From Candidatus Aenigmatarchaeota archaeon (lineage in GTDB: Archaea; Aenigmatarchaeota; Aenigmatarchaeia; GW2011-AR5; JAGGXF01): DNA of 17,110 nucleotides. Positions within the stretch are counted from its first letter, which is position 1; each line of letters begins with the position of its first letter. Location: assembly GCA_029932645.1 (NCBI GenBank), contig JAOZPR010000002.1, forward strand, positions 1 through 17,110, in the 5' to 3' direction. Shown piece after piece: positions 1 to 8,453 of this stretch. Both the position numbers and the translations under genes were made by a program. A model generated the notes under the pieces. The model worked only from the letters and a program-made list of their open reading frames with translations. It did no database searches and was not told the origin of the DNA.

Positions 1-23
1 ATTAACTAAGCCTATTTCCTCCA

Positions 24-2090
24 CTAGCTTATGACCATATACGTCAGCGGTCCGAAGATGCTGAGCGTGCCGAAAAGGGCTATAATATATATCAGAAGAC
101 CCACTAATAAAGATTTCCCTGTGAGGTTATGCCTGTTTATATCGTCCTCGCCATTTTCTATGCCGTTTATGAACAGGGACAATAGTATAGCCGTTTCTAC
201 AAAATATATGCCGACAACGAGCTGGAATGCGCCTGGTGTTATGGGAACATTGCCCCACATATTTAGCACGGTTCCAAAACCGCCTGTCTGGATGTTTTGT
301 ATCTGCTCACCGAGCAAGACAAGTATGTTTATTATGATGGTTGCCATGGTCACAACTATACCGCATATGAGCGGCGTCAGGAAGAATATCTGGAATTTCA
401 GCGAGCTTACTACATCGTTCAGCTCTGTCGAGACTTCCCGGTCTGTCCTGTAGATGCCGCGCAGATAACGGGATATTGCCAGCATGGACAGGCCGGCGAT
501 TTGCACGCCCTTTTTGCTGGAGTCTACAACGACTTTGATTATGGATCTTATCATGTCAGAATGGAAATATCGCAGGGCCCCATGGTTCTTGTCAAAAAAT
601 GCCTGCTCAAATGTCATGCCCAGCTTTTTCATGTTGTTCAGGGCAATCTTAAACATTTTTTGTATTTTGAGCGAGCCGATGCTGTTGGCAGAGCGTTCTA
701 TGGCGACTTCTGCTGGCAAGCCGCTCGCTGTCCTGTTAGCGAGCTGGAATAGTGCTTCCGAGAACTCCTTTTCCATTCGTTTAATTTCGTTGCGAACCTT
801 GATAGCCTGAAAAGATACGAGATAATAATAAACTCCTATAGCTATTGCTACTCCCCCTATTAAAACGACAGAAGGGCCAAGTTCACCGCCAGATGTGGTG
901 AACCCGACAATGCCTATGAAACAAACAACAATTCCTATAATCAGTGCTGGTATCCATGCAGGCACGAAAAATACACCACCCTTTGTATTGAGCGCAAACT
1001 TTCCTTTTGGCGGTAGGTCTGGGTTGGATGAAACATTAACCTTGCTGAATGTCACTGGCCTCATCTCGAGCGTGTTCATTATGAAAAAGTACAGCAAAAG
1101 TGGCAATATTATGTCATAGCCGACAAAGAGCGCCATTGGCTTGATTACATCTGAGAGGAATATCGCGATAACAGGGAACATGACCATGCCCATGACAGGC
1201 AACAACACGCCGAGTGCATGTATCATCATCACAGGCATTTTTAATGACTGGTTGTATTCTCTTGCCTTCTCGCGCGTGCCGTCGAGTATTACATTAATGG
1301 ATTCGTCCAGCATGCCGAGTCTTCTCTTCTCAGTCTGTGTGAGGCTCGTGTTCAGGATTTGCATGGCCTCGATAAAGTCTTTATCGTCTTTCCACTTCTC
1401 TAGGTAATCCGTGAATGCGTCATCTATATTACTATATTTACCAATCTCAATGTCCCACAAAAGCTTTCTTATGTCGTATGCGAGCGGACCAGTAAGGTTT
1501 TTTGCAGCAAAGCTCAGCGCAGATTCCATGTTAGGCGAGTTTCTCATGTATATAGACATGTACAAAATAAGCATCACGATCTCGGAACCTGCCTTTATCC
1601 TGAACCTTTTCTCGAGGTGAACAGGATAGAGATACATATAATACGAAAACGGCAATACGATGAGAAACACAAGAATGGCATTACCAGGGCTGATGCCAGG
1701 GAGAGGCGTGAACATTCCGAGCAGTATGAAGAAGAAGGTCAGTAAGGTCGAGAATAATACTATCAGGATGCTCAGTGATACAACGCCGTCTGGTGTTATA
1801 TTAAGGTGGCAGAAGTCAATGGACTTCTGAAGCTTTGTTCTGCTTTTTTCATCTGGCTCGATTTTTAGTATTGATTCAGCCTTGTTGCAGAGTCTTTCAT
1901 ATGTTGTCCTCGGCAAAGTCTTCCAAGCTTCCTCCTCTTTGAATATTTTATATTGCAGAGACTTTATCTCTGCGCGCTTTGCTTCTGAGCTTGGTAGCGC
2001 AACTGTTTGGTACTGCTCCAGAATTTTCTCTTTCAGCGTCTTCTTCTTTGTCACGCGCTTGCCAAGTAGCTTTTTAAGCCATTCAAACAT
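24..2090 (-). CDS. Type II secretion system F-family / TadC-PilC-FlaJ-like pilus assembly platform membrane protein (two T2SSF-like repeats)
   Basis: 688 aa with alternating TM bundles and two cytoplasmic T2SSF-like segments (LYMSIYMRNSPNMESALSFAAKNLTGPLAYDI; EFSEALFQLANRTASGLPAEVAI). Lies directly downstream of a secretion ATPase on the same strand. Confidence 0.85.
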   Translation of the reverse strand: MFEWLKKLLGKRVTKKKTLKEKILEQYQTVALPSSEAKRAEIKSLQYKIFKEEEAWKTLPRTTYERLCNKAESILKIEPDEKSRTKLQKSIDFCHLNITPDGVVSLSILIVLFSTLLTFFFILLGMFTPLPGISPGNAILVFLIVLPFSYYMYLYPVHLEKRFRIKAGSEIVMLILYMSIYMRNSPNMESALSFAAKNLTGPLAYDIRKLLWDIEIGKYSNIDDAFTDYLEKWKDDKDFIEAMQILNTSLTQTEKRRLGMLDESINVILDGTREKAREYNQSLKMPVMMIHALGVLLPVMGMVMFPVIAIFLSDVIKPMALFVGYDIILPLLLYFFIMNTLEMRPVTFSKVNVSSNPDLPPKGKFALNTKGGVFFVPAWIPALIIGIVVCFIGIVGFTTSGGELGPSVVLIGGVAIAIGVYYYLVSFQAIKVRNEIKRMEKEFSEALFQLANRTASGLPAEVAIERSANSIGSLKIQKMFKIALNNMKKLGMTFEQAFFDKNHGALRYFHSDMIRSIIKVVVDSSKKGVQIAGLSMLAISRYLRGIYRTDREVSTELNDVVSSLKFQIFFLTPLICGIVVTMATIIINILVLLGEQIQNIQTGGFGTVLNMWGNVPITPGAFQLVVGIYFVETAILLSLFINGIENGEDDINRHNLTGKSLLVGLLIYIIALFGTLSIFGPLTYMVIS

Positions 2091-2180
2091 TTTAATTCAC
2101 TCAACACACAATTATGCAAATATATAATTATTAGACACGTCTTTAGTAATATATCTCATTCATTTCATGCCAAGCTTGAT

Positions 2181-4424
2181 TTATGCCAGGCCAGGTTTTC
2201 TTATATAACTGGCCTTGAACCAGTCAAACCATCTTTCAAATATCATCTTTTCATCCAGCACATCCACTTCTCTTTTCACAGCCTCGCTTATCATATGGAA
2301 CTGATTATTGGAGTCCAGGACGACAGGCGCCTCAAGAAGTCCGGCATTGCCTGTTTTGTGTGATATGTCAACCATGGTTTGTAAGATTTTCGCACGCAGA
2401 TTGATATTGCCCCAGACTGCGTCCCAGTCGCCCTTCCATTCCCTGACACGCGTAGCTATGTCGTTTAGTATTATGCTTTCACCAGTCAGCAGGGTCTCGC
2501 TAGGTTTGAGCGTGTCATCTTTTGAGGAATATTGCATCAGTTCCACAAACCCGCCTTCCATGCTCGGGTCATCTTTCCAGTGCTTCCGGACCTCTGTTAT
2601 ATTTGTTACTCGCCTAAATGTGTGCAATCCATCAGCGCTCTTGAGCCTGTTTGCTATGACCACGATATCAGTGGCCTTGAAACTTGTTTTTGGGACGCCC
2701 AGGTCATTGACAACCCTGTCAAACACACCATATGGAGAATCACCATGTATTGTACCGGCAACCACATTGGCCAGTGCACCAATTCGCATTGCCTCGTAAA
2801 GTGCGCGGGCTTCCAGGCTCCTGACCTCGCCTATGATAAGGCAGGAGTCCCCAAGCCTTAGAGCCGTACGCAGCGCCTCATCAGCAGATATCTCTGTCTC
2901 TATCCGCGTAATAACAGAACGCGATTTGAGTCGCTCAATATTATATCCAAGTTTTATGAGACTGACCACAGGCAACTCTAGCGTATCTTCCACAGTTATG
3001 ACTCTGAGGCTTGGCATGATTTGCAGCATTAGCGAACCCAGTAGGCTGGACTTACCACTTGAACGCGTACCAGCTATGAGCATTGTTCGTGCGCCGTCTA
3101 TCAGAAACCATAAAAGACCCGAAGCGAGCGAGTTCATCATACGGTTGTCTATGAAAAGTGGAAATGTCCATGGTTTGTCCCTGTGCCTTCGCAGTGCGAA
3201 TCCAAGACCGTCTGGCGACAAGGTACGTGTGATAGCAGCCACCCTTGCCCGTGCTCCAGGCACGTCTATTTCTGTATCAAGTACAGGGTTGGCCTCATCC
3301 AATGGCCTGCCCGACTGCAAACGGAAACGCGTTGCCCACGATTCTGCATCTTCACGGCTCGGCACAAGGTTTGTTTCACATTCCTCAAAATCCGAGTGAA
3401 AAACAAATATAGGTACTGTGCCAACAGGCGCGTTTATAGAAACATCCTGTATATGCTCATCAGCTAGGAGCAGCTCGAGAATTCCAAAACCTGCAGTGTA
3501 CCGGGCAAGTATGCCTGCAAGCTTTTCTATTCTTTTTTCGCTTAGTGTTAGATTGCTTCTCTCAGCCATGTCCCTCAGCAAGTCCATTCCTATGTTGTAG
3601 AAGTTTTCCCTGATTTTCTCAGGCTCTGCCAGTTCCATTTCCTTTGGCTTGTGCGCACCGAGGTATCGCCGTGCAGCATCTAGCAGAGAGTATTCGTCTT
3701 CAGACAACCGGAATTCAGGCGGGACAACATGATAATAATATCTCACTTTTGAGGGTAGCTTATATATCTCTACCTTTGTTTCGCCAATCTCATATTTATC
3801 TACAGCTTCTGCATTTGCCGGCGGCAGTGATATATATTTTGTATACATGAAGTTGGGTCTTATGCTGGGATGGAACACCTCTCTGTAAAAAGACCTGTCC
3901 TTATACCCTCTCTTCTCCGCCAGTTCTATCAATGTGCAGCGTTCCAACATCTCGATGATGGGCTTCAGCGAATGTGCTATATAATATTCTGAACAGCGGA
4001 CACACTGCTCTGGCATTTTTTTCATCTTTATCCTAACATGCCTCATCTCCCTTACAAGGTTTTTGTAAGCCTTCACAGGGTCATATCTTATTAGCGTGAC
4101 ATTGTTCTGGAGAAACATATATCTCTCTGGCACACATCGTTCGCAGCCGCCAGGTGTTATATTGTCTATCCTTACAATCTTATCCCTTGCTATCCTTTCC
4201 ACGACGTTCGCAATTTCCATCAGCATCTTGACATCAGAGAAATCGTATTCATACTCCCTTGTCTCTGCCAACACCACACCAGTGGCCTTCTTGACTTCAA
4301 GGAGTTTATTGATGGTCGTGGCCATACATACATCAAAGTCTTCTATACTGGAGCCATAGACGCATCCAAGACAGTTGACCCTTATTTTTCCGGTCTCATC
4401 ATCATAGGTATAATCACAAACCAT
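2181..4424 (-). CDS. Type II/IV secretion system (VirB11/CpaF/FlaI-like) pilus assembly ATPase with Cys-rich N-terminal extension
   Basis: Walker A GTRSSGKS, Asp box VITVEDTLEL, Walker B region ALRLGDSCLIIGEVRSLEA, His box GTIHGDS, and the typical GFGILELLLADEHIQDVSIN segment. Confidence 0.93.
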   Translation of the reverse strand: MVCDYTYDDETGKIRVNCLGCVYGSSIEDFDVCMATTINKLLEVKKATGVVLAETREYEYDFSDVKMLMEIANVVERIARDKIVRIDNITPGGCERCVPERYMFLQNNVTLIRYDPVKAYKNLVREMRHVRIKMKKMPEQCVRCSEYYIAHSLKPIIEMLERCTLIELAEKRGYKDRSFYREVFHPSIRPNFMYTKYISLPPANAEAVDKYEIGETKVEIYKLPSKVRYYYHVVPPEFRLSEDEYSLLDAARRYLGAHKPKEMELAEPEKIRENFYNIGMDLLRDMAERSNLTLSEKRIEKLAGILARYTAGFGILELLLADEHIQDVSINAPVGTVPIFVFHSDFEECETNLVPSREDAESWATRFRLQSGRPLDEANPVLDTEIDVPGARARVAAITRTLSPDGLGFALRRHRDKPWTFPLFIDNRMMNSLASGLLWFLIDGARTMLIAGTRSSGKSSLLGSLMLQIMPSLRVITVEDTLELPVVSLIKLGYNIERLKSRSVITRIETEISADEALRTALRLGDSCLIIGEVRSLEARALYEAMRIGALANVVAGTIHGDSPYGVFDRVVNDLGVPKTSFKATDIVVIANRLKSADGLHTFRRVTNITEVRKHWKDDPSMEGGFVELMQYSSKDDTLKPSETLLTGESIILNDIATRVREWKGDWDAVWGNINLRAKILQTMVDISHKTGNAGLLEAPVVLDSNNQFHMISEAVKREVDVLDEKMIFERWFDWFKASYIRKPGLA

Positions 4425-4480
4425 TGGACCACTAACTATTTATTATAATTAGCGTCAATAAAAAGATTTTTTATCAATCC

Positions 4481-4498
4481 GAGAAAAACTTATAAATA
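4481..4498 (+). promoter_or_regulatory. Putative archaeal BRE/TATA promoter for the coiled-coil gene
   Basis: GAGAAAAAC followed by TTATAAATA about 24 nt upstream of ATG 4522, consistent with a leaderless transcript. Sits in the divergent intergenic region shared with the ATPase. Confidence 0.55.
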
Positions 4499-4512
4499 CT
4501 ACTTAAGCATAA

Positions 4513-4896
4513 ATGAATTATATGGCCAGGGAAAATGAAACAGGCTTGATTATCCAGGAACTTGTCAGGCGGGCAAACCGAAATAACCGGCGACTGCGAA
4601 TGGTGGAGCAGCGGGTCGAGACAATAGAATCCAGACTCGGTTCTTTGGAACAACTTATGATTAAGCGAGATGCCCAGTATAAGGACAAGTTTGGTGACGC
4701 AGAAGAAAAAATGAAATCTTTAAATGACAGGCTGACCAAAATAGAAAACAGTGTCGAAAAGATTTTCAACAAACTGGAAAAGACAGCAACAAAAAAACAA
4801 TTAGACGAATTGGAGCACACCATGGAGCTGTTAAGCCCGGTTGGTCAGCAGTTCGTAACAAGGGATGAGCTTGAAAGAAAGCTCGGAATGAGATGA
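4513..4896 (+). CDS. Hypothetical coiled-coil protein (start may be ATG 4522)
   Basis: 127 aa with continuous heptad pattern (LRMVEQRVETIESRLGSLEQ; MKSLNDRLTKIENSVEKI) and C-terminal FVTRDELE. TATA box upstream. Confidence 0.8.
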   Translation: MNYMARENETGLIIQELVRRANRNNRRLRMVEQRVETIESRLGSLEQLMIKRDAQYKDKFGDAEEKMKSLNDRLTKIENSVEKIFNKLEKTATKKQLDELEHTMELLSPVGQQFVTRDELERKLGMR

Positions 4897-4899
4897 TTG

Positions 4900-4951
4900 A
4901 ATAAGTTAAGATAAATTAAAAATAAGTTAAGACAAATTAAAAATAAATTAA
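4900..4951. repeat. Intergenic tandem repeat: 21 bp x2 plus partial copy
   Basis: AATAAGTTAAGATAAATTAAA (4900-4920) and AATAAGTTAAGACAAATTAAA (4921-4941), one mismatch, then AATAAATTAA. Confidence 0.85.
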
Positions 4952-5007
4952 AATAAGGACCAAAGATAAGAATCAAAGAATTAGATAAGGATTATGAGGT
5001 GAATCAT

Positions 5008-5877
5008 ATGTTTCTCTTCAACAAAAAGGGCAAGACTAAAAAAGACTCTGTTGAAAGAATACGCGAACTTAGCGCGCAACGGATGCCTGAGAAGGATATT
5101 ATAAGAAAGCTGAAAGCAGAAGGGTATTCTTTTCAGGACATAGAAAGAGGCATGCTAGAGTCCATAAGGCAGGGTGTTATAAAAGAAGATACTGCTGTCG
5201 GTGGTGGTCAAGCCGGTGGTCAACAGCCTTATGCCCAAGCACCTTACCAACAAGCACCTGCTGCTCCTGGCCAGCCAGCCTTACCAAGAGGAGGGGATTT
5301 TGCTGCTCAGCCATCTGGAGGCGAATTTGCCATACCCAATGAGTTTGAAGAACCAGCAGAATATGGCGACATTGCCGAAGGCGAGTTTGCTCCTGAAATT
5401 ATGGGTCCTGCCGAATTCGAGGGTGAGCCCCTGCAAGCTGCTGCACAACCAACCCTGCCAGACCTGCCAGAGACAGAAACAGCTATTGAATTTTCCCCTC
5501 AGTTGGCAATAGAAGAGCTTATAGAGGGCGTTGTCAATGAAAAATGGGAAAAGCTTAACAAGACGTTTCAAAAGGTCAACGATGACTTTGAGTCAATGAA
5601 ACAGTCTATGCGGGACTTCGAGGAAAAAACAAACGAAAAGTTGGCAAAGGCGGCACAGCCCAAGATGACCAAAGAGCTCGAAGAGCTTGCTCAGCGTTTT
5701 GATGACATGGACGCGCGCATTGGCGGTCTCGAGAAGGCATTCAAGCAGTTCCTGCCGTCGCTGACCAAGAACATAGAAGAGCTCTCTGGAATGGTGCATC
5801 AGGTAAAGAAAAAGTCTGCAGAAGACTTCTCGTCAAAAGATTTTTCATCAAAAGACTTCTCGCCAAAGATGGCATAA
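5008..5877 (+). CDS. Hypothetical protein: small helical N-domain, Q/P/A/E-rich disordered linker, C-terminal coiled coil
   Basis: SD GAGGTGA at 4996-5002 favours ATG 5008 over the track's GTG 4999. Low-complexity centre (GGQAGGQQPYAQAPYQQAPAAPGQP ... EFEEPAEY) and heptad-rich C-terminus. Confidence 0.82.
   Translation: MFLFNKKGKTKKDSVERIRELSAQRMPEKDIIRKLKAEGYSFQDIERGMLESIRQGVIKEDTAVGGGQAGGQQPYAQAPYQQAPAAPGQPALPRGGDFAAQPSGGEFAIPNEFEEPAEYGDIAEGEFAPEIMGPAEFEGEPLQAAAQPTLPDLPETETAIEFSPQLAIEELIEGVVNEKWEKLNKTFQKVNDDFESMKQSMRDFEEKTNEKLAKAAQPKMTKELEELAQRFDDMDARIGGLEKAFKQFLPSLTKNIEELSGMVHQVKKKSAEDFSSKDFSSKDFSPKMA
5822..5866 (+). repeat. In-frame 15-bp tandem repeat x3 (DFSSK-DFSSK-DFSPK)
   Basis: AAGACTTCTCGTCAA / AAGATTTTTCATCAA / AAGACTTCTCGCCAA. 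Confidence 0.8.
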
Positions 5878-5951
5878 AAACAAAGAATCTGTTTCGCTAC
5901 ATTTAACAGCCATTAAGAAAATATATAAGTAGAAAAAATAATAATCTAGTT

Positions 5952-7046
5952 ATGACCTTTTTGACCTATGGCCTCAATGCTGCTGTTTATTTCGGGCTTT
6001 CGGCAGCAGCTTTCATTAGCTTCTATTTTGCATGGAAGAACAAGGACTGGAAAAAAATCGGTTCTTCCTTCTTTTTGCTCGCGTCAACATTCTTGATTCT
6101 CGCGCTGATGAACTTTATATGGTTTGTCACACCAGAACCCGCCCAGATATTCTTGGGGATAAAAGTCATAGGGACAGCCATAACAGCTTTTGTGTTGGGA
6201 TATATAGGATACAAGCTTACAAAAAGAAAAGAGGTGCTTTTCTTATTATTTCTATACCTTATGTCTCTGGCATTTATTGATATTGGTGTCCGGCAGTTAA
6301 TGATGTTCACGCTTCTCATCTCTTATATTATAACCTCAGTCGTATTCTTTTTGTTGTATGCATTTTCTGACGCTCATCTGAAAAAAGCGGGCCTGTTCGG
6401 ATTAGTCTTCAGCATATTGTCTGTAGTTTATACGATTTGGTCTATATTTGAGCCTGGAGTCATGTTATACTGGTTTATTCCGAATGCGATGTTATTTATA
6501 TCCATACTTTTCTTCGCGTTTGAGATGATGTATGGTCAAAAGCCTCACGAGATAGACGGTGTGAAAATAGATGGAAAAAGGAAAAAAGCTTCTACCATCA
6601 TCTATTTTATTACTTATATTCTTGCTGTCAACCTGACCATCATCATAGCTTCACTTGCATTTCATGAAATAGGGCATGTCGTTGTTGGCCATCTTGCAGG
6701 TTGTGAGGGAGGAAAGGCCATAATCTTGGATTTGTCGTCTGTGCCACACGCCGAGTTGGACTGTCCGACAGGTGCAATTTTTATAACATATCTTGGCGGT
6801 CTGATAGCCACAATATTTTTTGGTCTGCTCTTCTTTTTGGCGCGCGGCATGGCAGGTACGTATCTTTCCTACATAATCTGGGGAATCGGATTCTACCTAG
6901 CAAACAATGACCTGTTGGCTGTCAATATTCCAGTGCTTTTAGTCCGTTTACTAATGATGGCTGGGTTGGTTCTGGTAATCTACGGCGATGCCAATTTTAT
7001 TTCCCTGTATTTGGAATATCTTAGAAAGGGAGCAGTGAAGTCCTAA
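5952..7046 (+). CDS. Polytopic membrane protein: about 7-TM N-terminal region plus M50(B)-like zinc metalloprotease domain
   Basis: About 11 hydrophobic segments by eye. FHEIGH motif at the end of a TM helix (6663-6677), later YLGG helix and NNDL candidate third-ligand Asp. TATA-like ATATATAA about 25 nt upstream. Confidence 0.65.
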   Translation: MTFLTYGLNAAVYFGLSAAAFISFYFAWKNKDWKKIGSSFFLLASTFLILALMNFIWFVTPEPAQIFLGIKVIGTAITAFVLGYIGYKLTKRKEVLFLLFLYLMSLAFIDIGVRQLMMFTLLISYIITSVVFFLLYAFSDAHLKKAGLFGLVFSILSVVYTIWSIFEPGVMLYWFIPNAMLFISILFFAFEMMYGQKPHEIDGVKIDGKRKKASTIIYFITYILAVNLTIIIASLAFHEIGHVVVGHLAGCEGGKAIILDLSSVPHAELDCPTGAIFITYLGGLIATIFFGLLFFLARGMAGTYLSYIIWGIGFYLANNDLLAVNIPVLLVRLLMMAGLVLVIYGDANFISLYLEYLRKGAVKS

Positions 7047-7070
7047 CAAAACAATTCCTAACAAAACAAT
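7041..7070. repeat. Perfect 15-bp tandem duplication spanning a stop codon
   Basis: TCCTAACAAAACAAT x2 (7041-7055, 7056-7070). Confidence 0.85.
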
Positions 7071-7113
7071 GTCAACGCAAAACAACAAAACCAGTAAAGA
7101 GAATGAGATGAAG

Positions 7114-7146
7114 CACAATCTTGAAACACAATCTTAACACAATTTT
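7114..7146. repeat. Short direct repeat x3
   Basis: CACAATCTT (7114-7122), CACAATCTT (7127-7135), CACAATTTT (7138-7146). Confidence 0.7.
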
Positions 7147-7160
7147 ATATGGCCAGATTT

Positions 7161-8441
7161 TCATTGGTTCTGTATCAAACCCCATCCAATAAGATGCCAC
7201 CTGCCGCTTATCTGTTTTGATATTGCAACCTTGGATGATTCAATCAGGCAGACAGGAAGTTTGAGTTTTGTTTCTATTACGTATTTTTCTCCTTCTTGGT
7301 GTGCTGATGTGACAACAGCGACTGTTTTGGCAACGGCTATCGTGAGCATTAGCGCATCACCAGTGTTTATGGTTGGTTTTTCTTTTGTGCCGATGGCGCT
7401 TTCAAACAGATGAACATCCAGTTTAAGTTCATCTTCAATACCCGGGAGATTTACACCAGCAATGTTTCCAGAGAGCGTGTCAGCTCTGCAGAGGCTTGGG
7501 TCAAGCGTTGTCATTATTCCAAGAAGTCCGCCAGGCGTTCCGACATCCAAACTATAGCCAGCCTGCTGAATCCCAATGACTTTTGTTTTAAGCGCCTGAT
7601 ATGTTCCGTCAACATACACACCAGGCTTTATCTCTATCTCGTCGTCTTTTTTGATTACACCCCTTATTATGGTCCCTCCGAGAACACCACCAACCAAGTC
7701 ATTTGGTTTTGCCCCGGGTTTGTTTATATCAAAGCTTCTTGCTATGTAGATTAGCAGCTCGCTTTCCATGTCCCTCTGAGGAGTTGGTATTTTCATAAGT
7801 TCTTGTATCAGAATATCAATATTTGTCCTGTGCTGTGCGCTGATAGGAATTATGGGCGCGTTTTCAGCAACAGTGTCCTTGACAAAATTTTTTATCTCTT
7901 TATAATTCTTTTCTGCTTCTTCTTTCGAGACCAAATCAATCTTGGTCTGGACTATGATTATGTTTTTGATATTTGCGACCTCCAGCACGAGAAGATGTTC
8001 CCTTGTCTGCGGCTGCGGGCATTTTTCATTTGCTGCAATTATTAGGAGAGCAGCGTCTGTCATGGCAGCGCCAGACAAGACCGTTGCCATAAGCGTTTCA
8101 TGTCCGGGCGCATCAATAAAAGAAACAGTTCTCTGCGGTTCGCAGTCAGCAAAGCATTTCTGGCACTTTTTCGTTGTGCCAAATGCGCCGCATTTTGTAC
8201 ATTTATAAAAAGTAGTATCAGCATAACCAAGGCGGATTGTGATGCCACGCTTCTGCTCCTCGCTGTGCGTGTCTGTCCACTTGCCAGTCAACGCCTCTGT
8301 CAGCGTTGTTTTGCCATGGTCCACATGTCCGACCAGTGCAATATTAATCTCAGGAATAAATCTTTTGTCTACTTCCCCACTGCTATCTTTAACATCAGCG
8401 GCTTCTTCACCAGGTTTTATTTCGTTTGCGAACACAATCAC
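7161..8441 (-). CDS. eif2g: Translation initiation factor 2 subunit gamma (aIF2-gamma)
   Basis: PEINIALVGHVDHGKTTL, WTDTHSEEQKRGITIRLGYAD, zinc ribbon CTKC...CQKC, DAPGHETLMATVLSGAA, PQPQTREH, C-terminal RWHLIGWG. Exact start uncertain. Confidence 0.97.
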   Translation of the reverse strand: MIVFANEIKPGEEAADVKDSSGEVDKRFIPEINIALVGHVDHGKTTLTEALTGKWTDTHSEEQKRGITIRLGYADTTFYKCTKCGAFGTTKKCQKCFADCEPQRTVSFIDAPGHETLMATVLSGAAMTDAALLIIAANEKCPQPQTREHLLVLEVANIKNIIIVQTKIDLVSKEEAEKNYKEIKNFVKDTVAENAPIIPISAQHRTNIDILIQELMKIPTPQRDMESELLIYIARSFDINKPGAKPNDLVGGVLGGTIIRGVIKKDDEIEIKPGVYVDGTYQALKTKVIGIQQAGYSLDVGTPGGLLGIMTTLDPSLCRADTLSGNIAGVNLPGIEDELKLDVHLFESAIGTKEKPTINTGDALMLTIAVAKTVAVVTSAHQEGEKYVIETKLKLPVCLIESSKVAISKQISGRWHLIGWGLIQNQ

Positions 8442-8453
8442 CCCAGATTAAAT

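Noticed and set aside
1..23. GGAGG SD-like sequence on the minus strand after the platform gene, suggesting a further operon gene such as a pilin
   Set aside because: No start codon falls inside the window; cannot be evaluated.
31..4359. Numerous + strand ORFs of 60-190 aa
   Set aside because: All lie antisense to the platform and ATPase genes and show no recognisable motifs.
24..4424. Archaellum flaI/flaJ assignment
   Set aside because: No archaellin or flaF/G/H in the window and the ATPase has an atypical N-terminus, so only the family-level call is supported.
4900..4951. Possible CRISPR or mini-array
   Set aside because: Repeats are directly adjacent with no spacers, and no cas genes are present. 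The same applies to the other short repeats.
7041..7146. Repeats as target-site duplications of a mobile element
   Set aside because: Copies are adjacent with no intervening element, terminal inverted repeats or transposase. An excision footprint cannot be excluded but has no support.
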